From Oscillospiraceae bacterium (GTDB lineage: Bacteria > Bacillota > Clostridia > Oscillospirales > Oscillospiraceae), in assembly GCA_902761055.1 (NCBI GenBank), contig CACWIS010000005.1, positions 31,248 to 95,247 of the forward strand: a stretch of DNA of 64,000 bases, read 5' to 3'. Each line of letters begins with the position of its first letter. Position 1 is the first letter of the stretch. The notes under the pieces were generated by a model. That model searched no databases. It worked only from the letters and a program-made list of their open reading frames with translations, and was not told where the DNA came from. Of this stretch, positions 63,059-64,000 are shown one piece after another. The position numbers were made by a program, and so were the translations under genes.

Positions 63059-64000
63059 TCAGTAACGGCAGACCTCGAAGCCGTACATCTCCGCCAGCGC
63101 CTCGAGCGCGGCGGCGTGACGGCCGCGGATCACGACGAAGTGCGGCTCGAAGCCGGCCTTCACGCTCTCCTCGACGATCTCGCGCGCGCCGTTGTCGGTC
63201 CTCACGACGATGGAGGTGCCGATGAACTGCTTGGGCTTGTCGAGCGCTTCGCCCTCAAGGAGGAAGAAGCGGAAGAAGCCGTCCGGCTCGCGTCCGATGC
63301 GGAAGACCGTCGCGTCCGGGAAGGCCTCGCAGCCGAAGTCCATGGCCGGGCCGATCCTGCGGTTGGGGTGCACGCCGACGACCGCGCCGGTATCCCTGCG
63401 CGCCAGCGAGCAGGCCGCCGCGCCGCAGTGCCAGAAGGTGATCGTGTTCTCGCCCTCGTCGAGGGAGACGGGATCGCCGAAAAAGACCGGCTCGCCGCTC
63501 AGCTGCATACCGATCCACATCGACAGCGCGCCGTAGACGTCGGCCTCGCAGGCGGCGGCCACGCCCTCGTCGTTGAGCATCGAGAGCACCGTGCACACCG
63601 GCGTGCCGAAGGCCGTGAAGAAGTCCGGCCAGCAGCGGGAGGCCAGCGCGCCGACGCCGCGGTCGCGCACGTAGTCGCTGTAAGCTTTGAGCAGCCGCGC
63701 GTGGTCGAGACGGTTTTTCTCCGGCGTCTTGTCCAGGCCGCAGGTCGCCGCGGCGGTCTTTTCGAGATACGCCGCGCACTCCTCGTCCGAATAGCCCCCG
63801 GCCTTCTCGATCAGCTCGCGTGCCTCGATCGCCTCGAGCTCGACGCCAAAGGCGTTCATCAGCTCGGCGTCGAGCGCGCGGCCGAAGCCGAAGCCCTGCG
63901 GCGTGTGGCCGACGGCGGCCATTTTCAGGCCGCGCATGTCGTGCTTGAGCCGGGCGGCTTTCGTCACGTTCCCGATCGTCTCGCGCACGCGCTCCTCCTC
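63059..64000 (-). CDS. L-fucose/L-arabinose isomerase family protein, 5' end probably outside window
   Basis: The C-terminal roughly 310 aa fit the FucI/AraA family (AAVGHTPQGFGFG, CWPDFFTAFGTPVCTVLSMLND, ACEADVYGALSM, TFWHCGAA). The frame stays open to position 64000. An alternative GTG start at 63988, 5 nt after GAGGAGG, cannot be excluded. Confidence 0.7.
   Translation of the reverse strand, partial: EEERVRETIGNVTKAARLKHDMRGLKMAAVGHTPQGFGFGRALDAELMNAFGVELEAIEARELIEKAGGYSDEECAAYLEKTAAATCGLDKTPEKNRLDHARLLKAYSDYVRDRGVGALASRCWPDFFTAFGTPVCTVLSMLNDEGVAAACEADVYGALSMWIGMQLSGEPVFFGDPVSLDEGENTITFWHCGAAACSLARRDTGAVVGVHPNRRIGPAMDFGCEAFPDATVFRIGREPDGFFRFFLLEGEALDKPKQFIGTSIVVRTDNGAREIVEESVKAGFEPHFVVIRGRHAAALEALAEMYGFEVCRY

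Noticed and set aside
63988-64000. A GTG at 63988 preceded by GAGGAGG, considered as the true start of a 309-aa isomerase-family protein.
   Set aside because: This is not fully excluded. However, the frame stays open to the window edge, and the first residues correspond to the middle of FucI/AraA-family proteins as I recall them. The gene is therefore reported as 5'-truncated by the window.
1-64000. A search of the whole window for CRISPR arrays, integrases or transposases, toxin-antitoxin pairs and known defence-system signatures (nuclease, helicase or ATPase combinations, TIR, SIR2, reverse transcriptase).
   Set aside because: None was recognised. All ATPase and GTPase motifs found belong to ABC transporters, FeoB, the EF-G-like protein and SufC. 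The only phage-like hint is the small Lar-like zinc-ribbon ORF.

Overview
This is a high-GC (by eye about two-thirds G+C) Clostridia-type Firmicutes chromosomal segment. That placement rests on strong GGAGG ribosome-binding sites, PFOR, 2-oxoacid:ferredoxin oxidoreductase, FeoA-FeoA-FeoB plus the FeoB-associated Cys-rich peptide, and YesL. I call about 62 protein genes, one tRNA-Val(GAC), many stem-loop terminators and a set of sigma-70-like promoters.

Gene content in order:
- dTDP-sugar genes (rfbA, rfbB, WecE-like aminotransferase) between two GT-C-like membrane proteins
- a secreted Cys-rich esterase
- SufC and a SufB/D-family protein
- GNAT, fRMsr, an NDT-like protein, a permease and a fused spermidine-synthase protein
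- XRE regulators, a GH31 enzyme and MutY
- 5'-nucleotidase, an HD protein and a second Cys-rich esterase with a Lar-like zinc ribbon
- ACT/UPF0210 pair and PFOR
- a korDABC / CoA-transferase / phosphatase chain
- a DtxR-like regulator divergent from the feo operon
- a low-GC GNAT islet next to tRNA-Val
- RlmB, a degenerate P-type-ATPase-like protein and an atypical EF-G paralogue
- an SPFH / RHH / YhfC / DUF1648 operon and an XRE / DUF2178 / ABC operon
- a sugar ABC importer with a YihQ-type GH31 enzyme

The supplied ORF track is dominated by long antisense or out-of-frame ORFs typical of high-GC DNA, and many real genes start at internal codons of the listed ORFs. I found no integrase, transposase, CRISPR array or recognisable defence cassette.

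The most noteworthy observations are:
1. a candidate sulfoquinovose utilisation locus (56.7-64 kb)
2. a 941-aa P1B-ATPase homologue with decayed catalytic motifs and a roughly 400-aa disordered N-terminus
3. an adjacent EF-G paralogue with non-canonical G3 and G4 motifs
4. two paralogous secreted esterases carrying CxxCGxxCPH-type Cys-rich repeats
5. a low-GC GNAT islet bracketed by tRNA-Val-derived repeats

All homology statements come from motif recognition and memory, not from searches.
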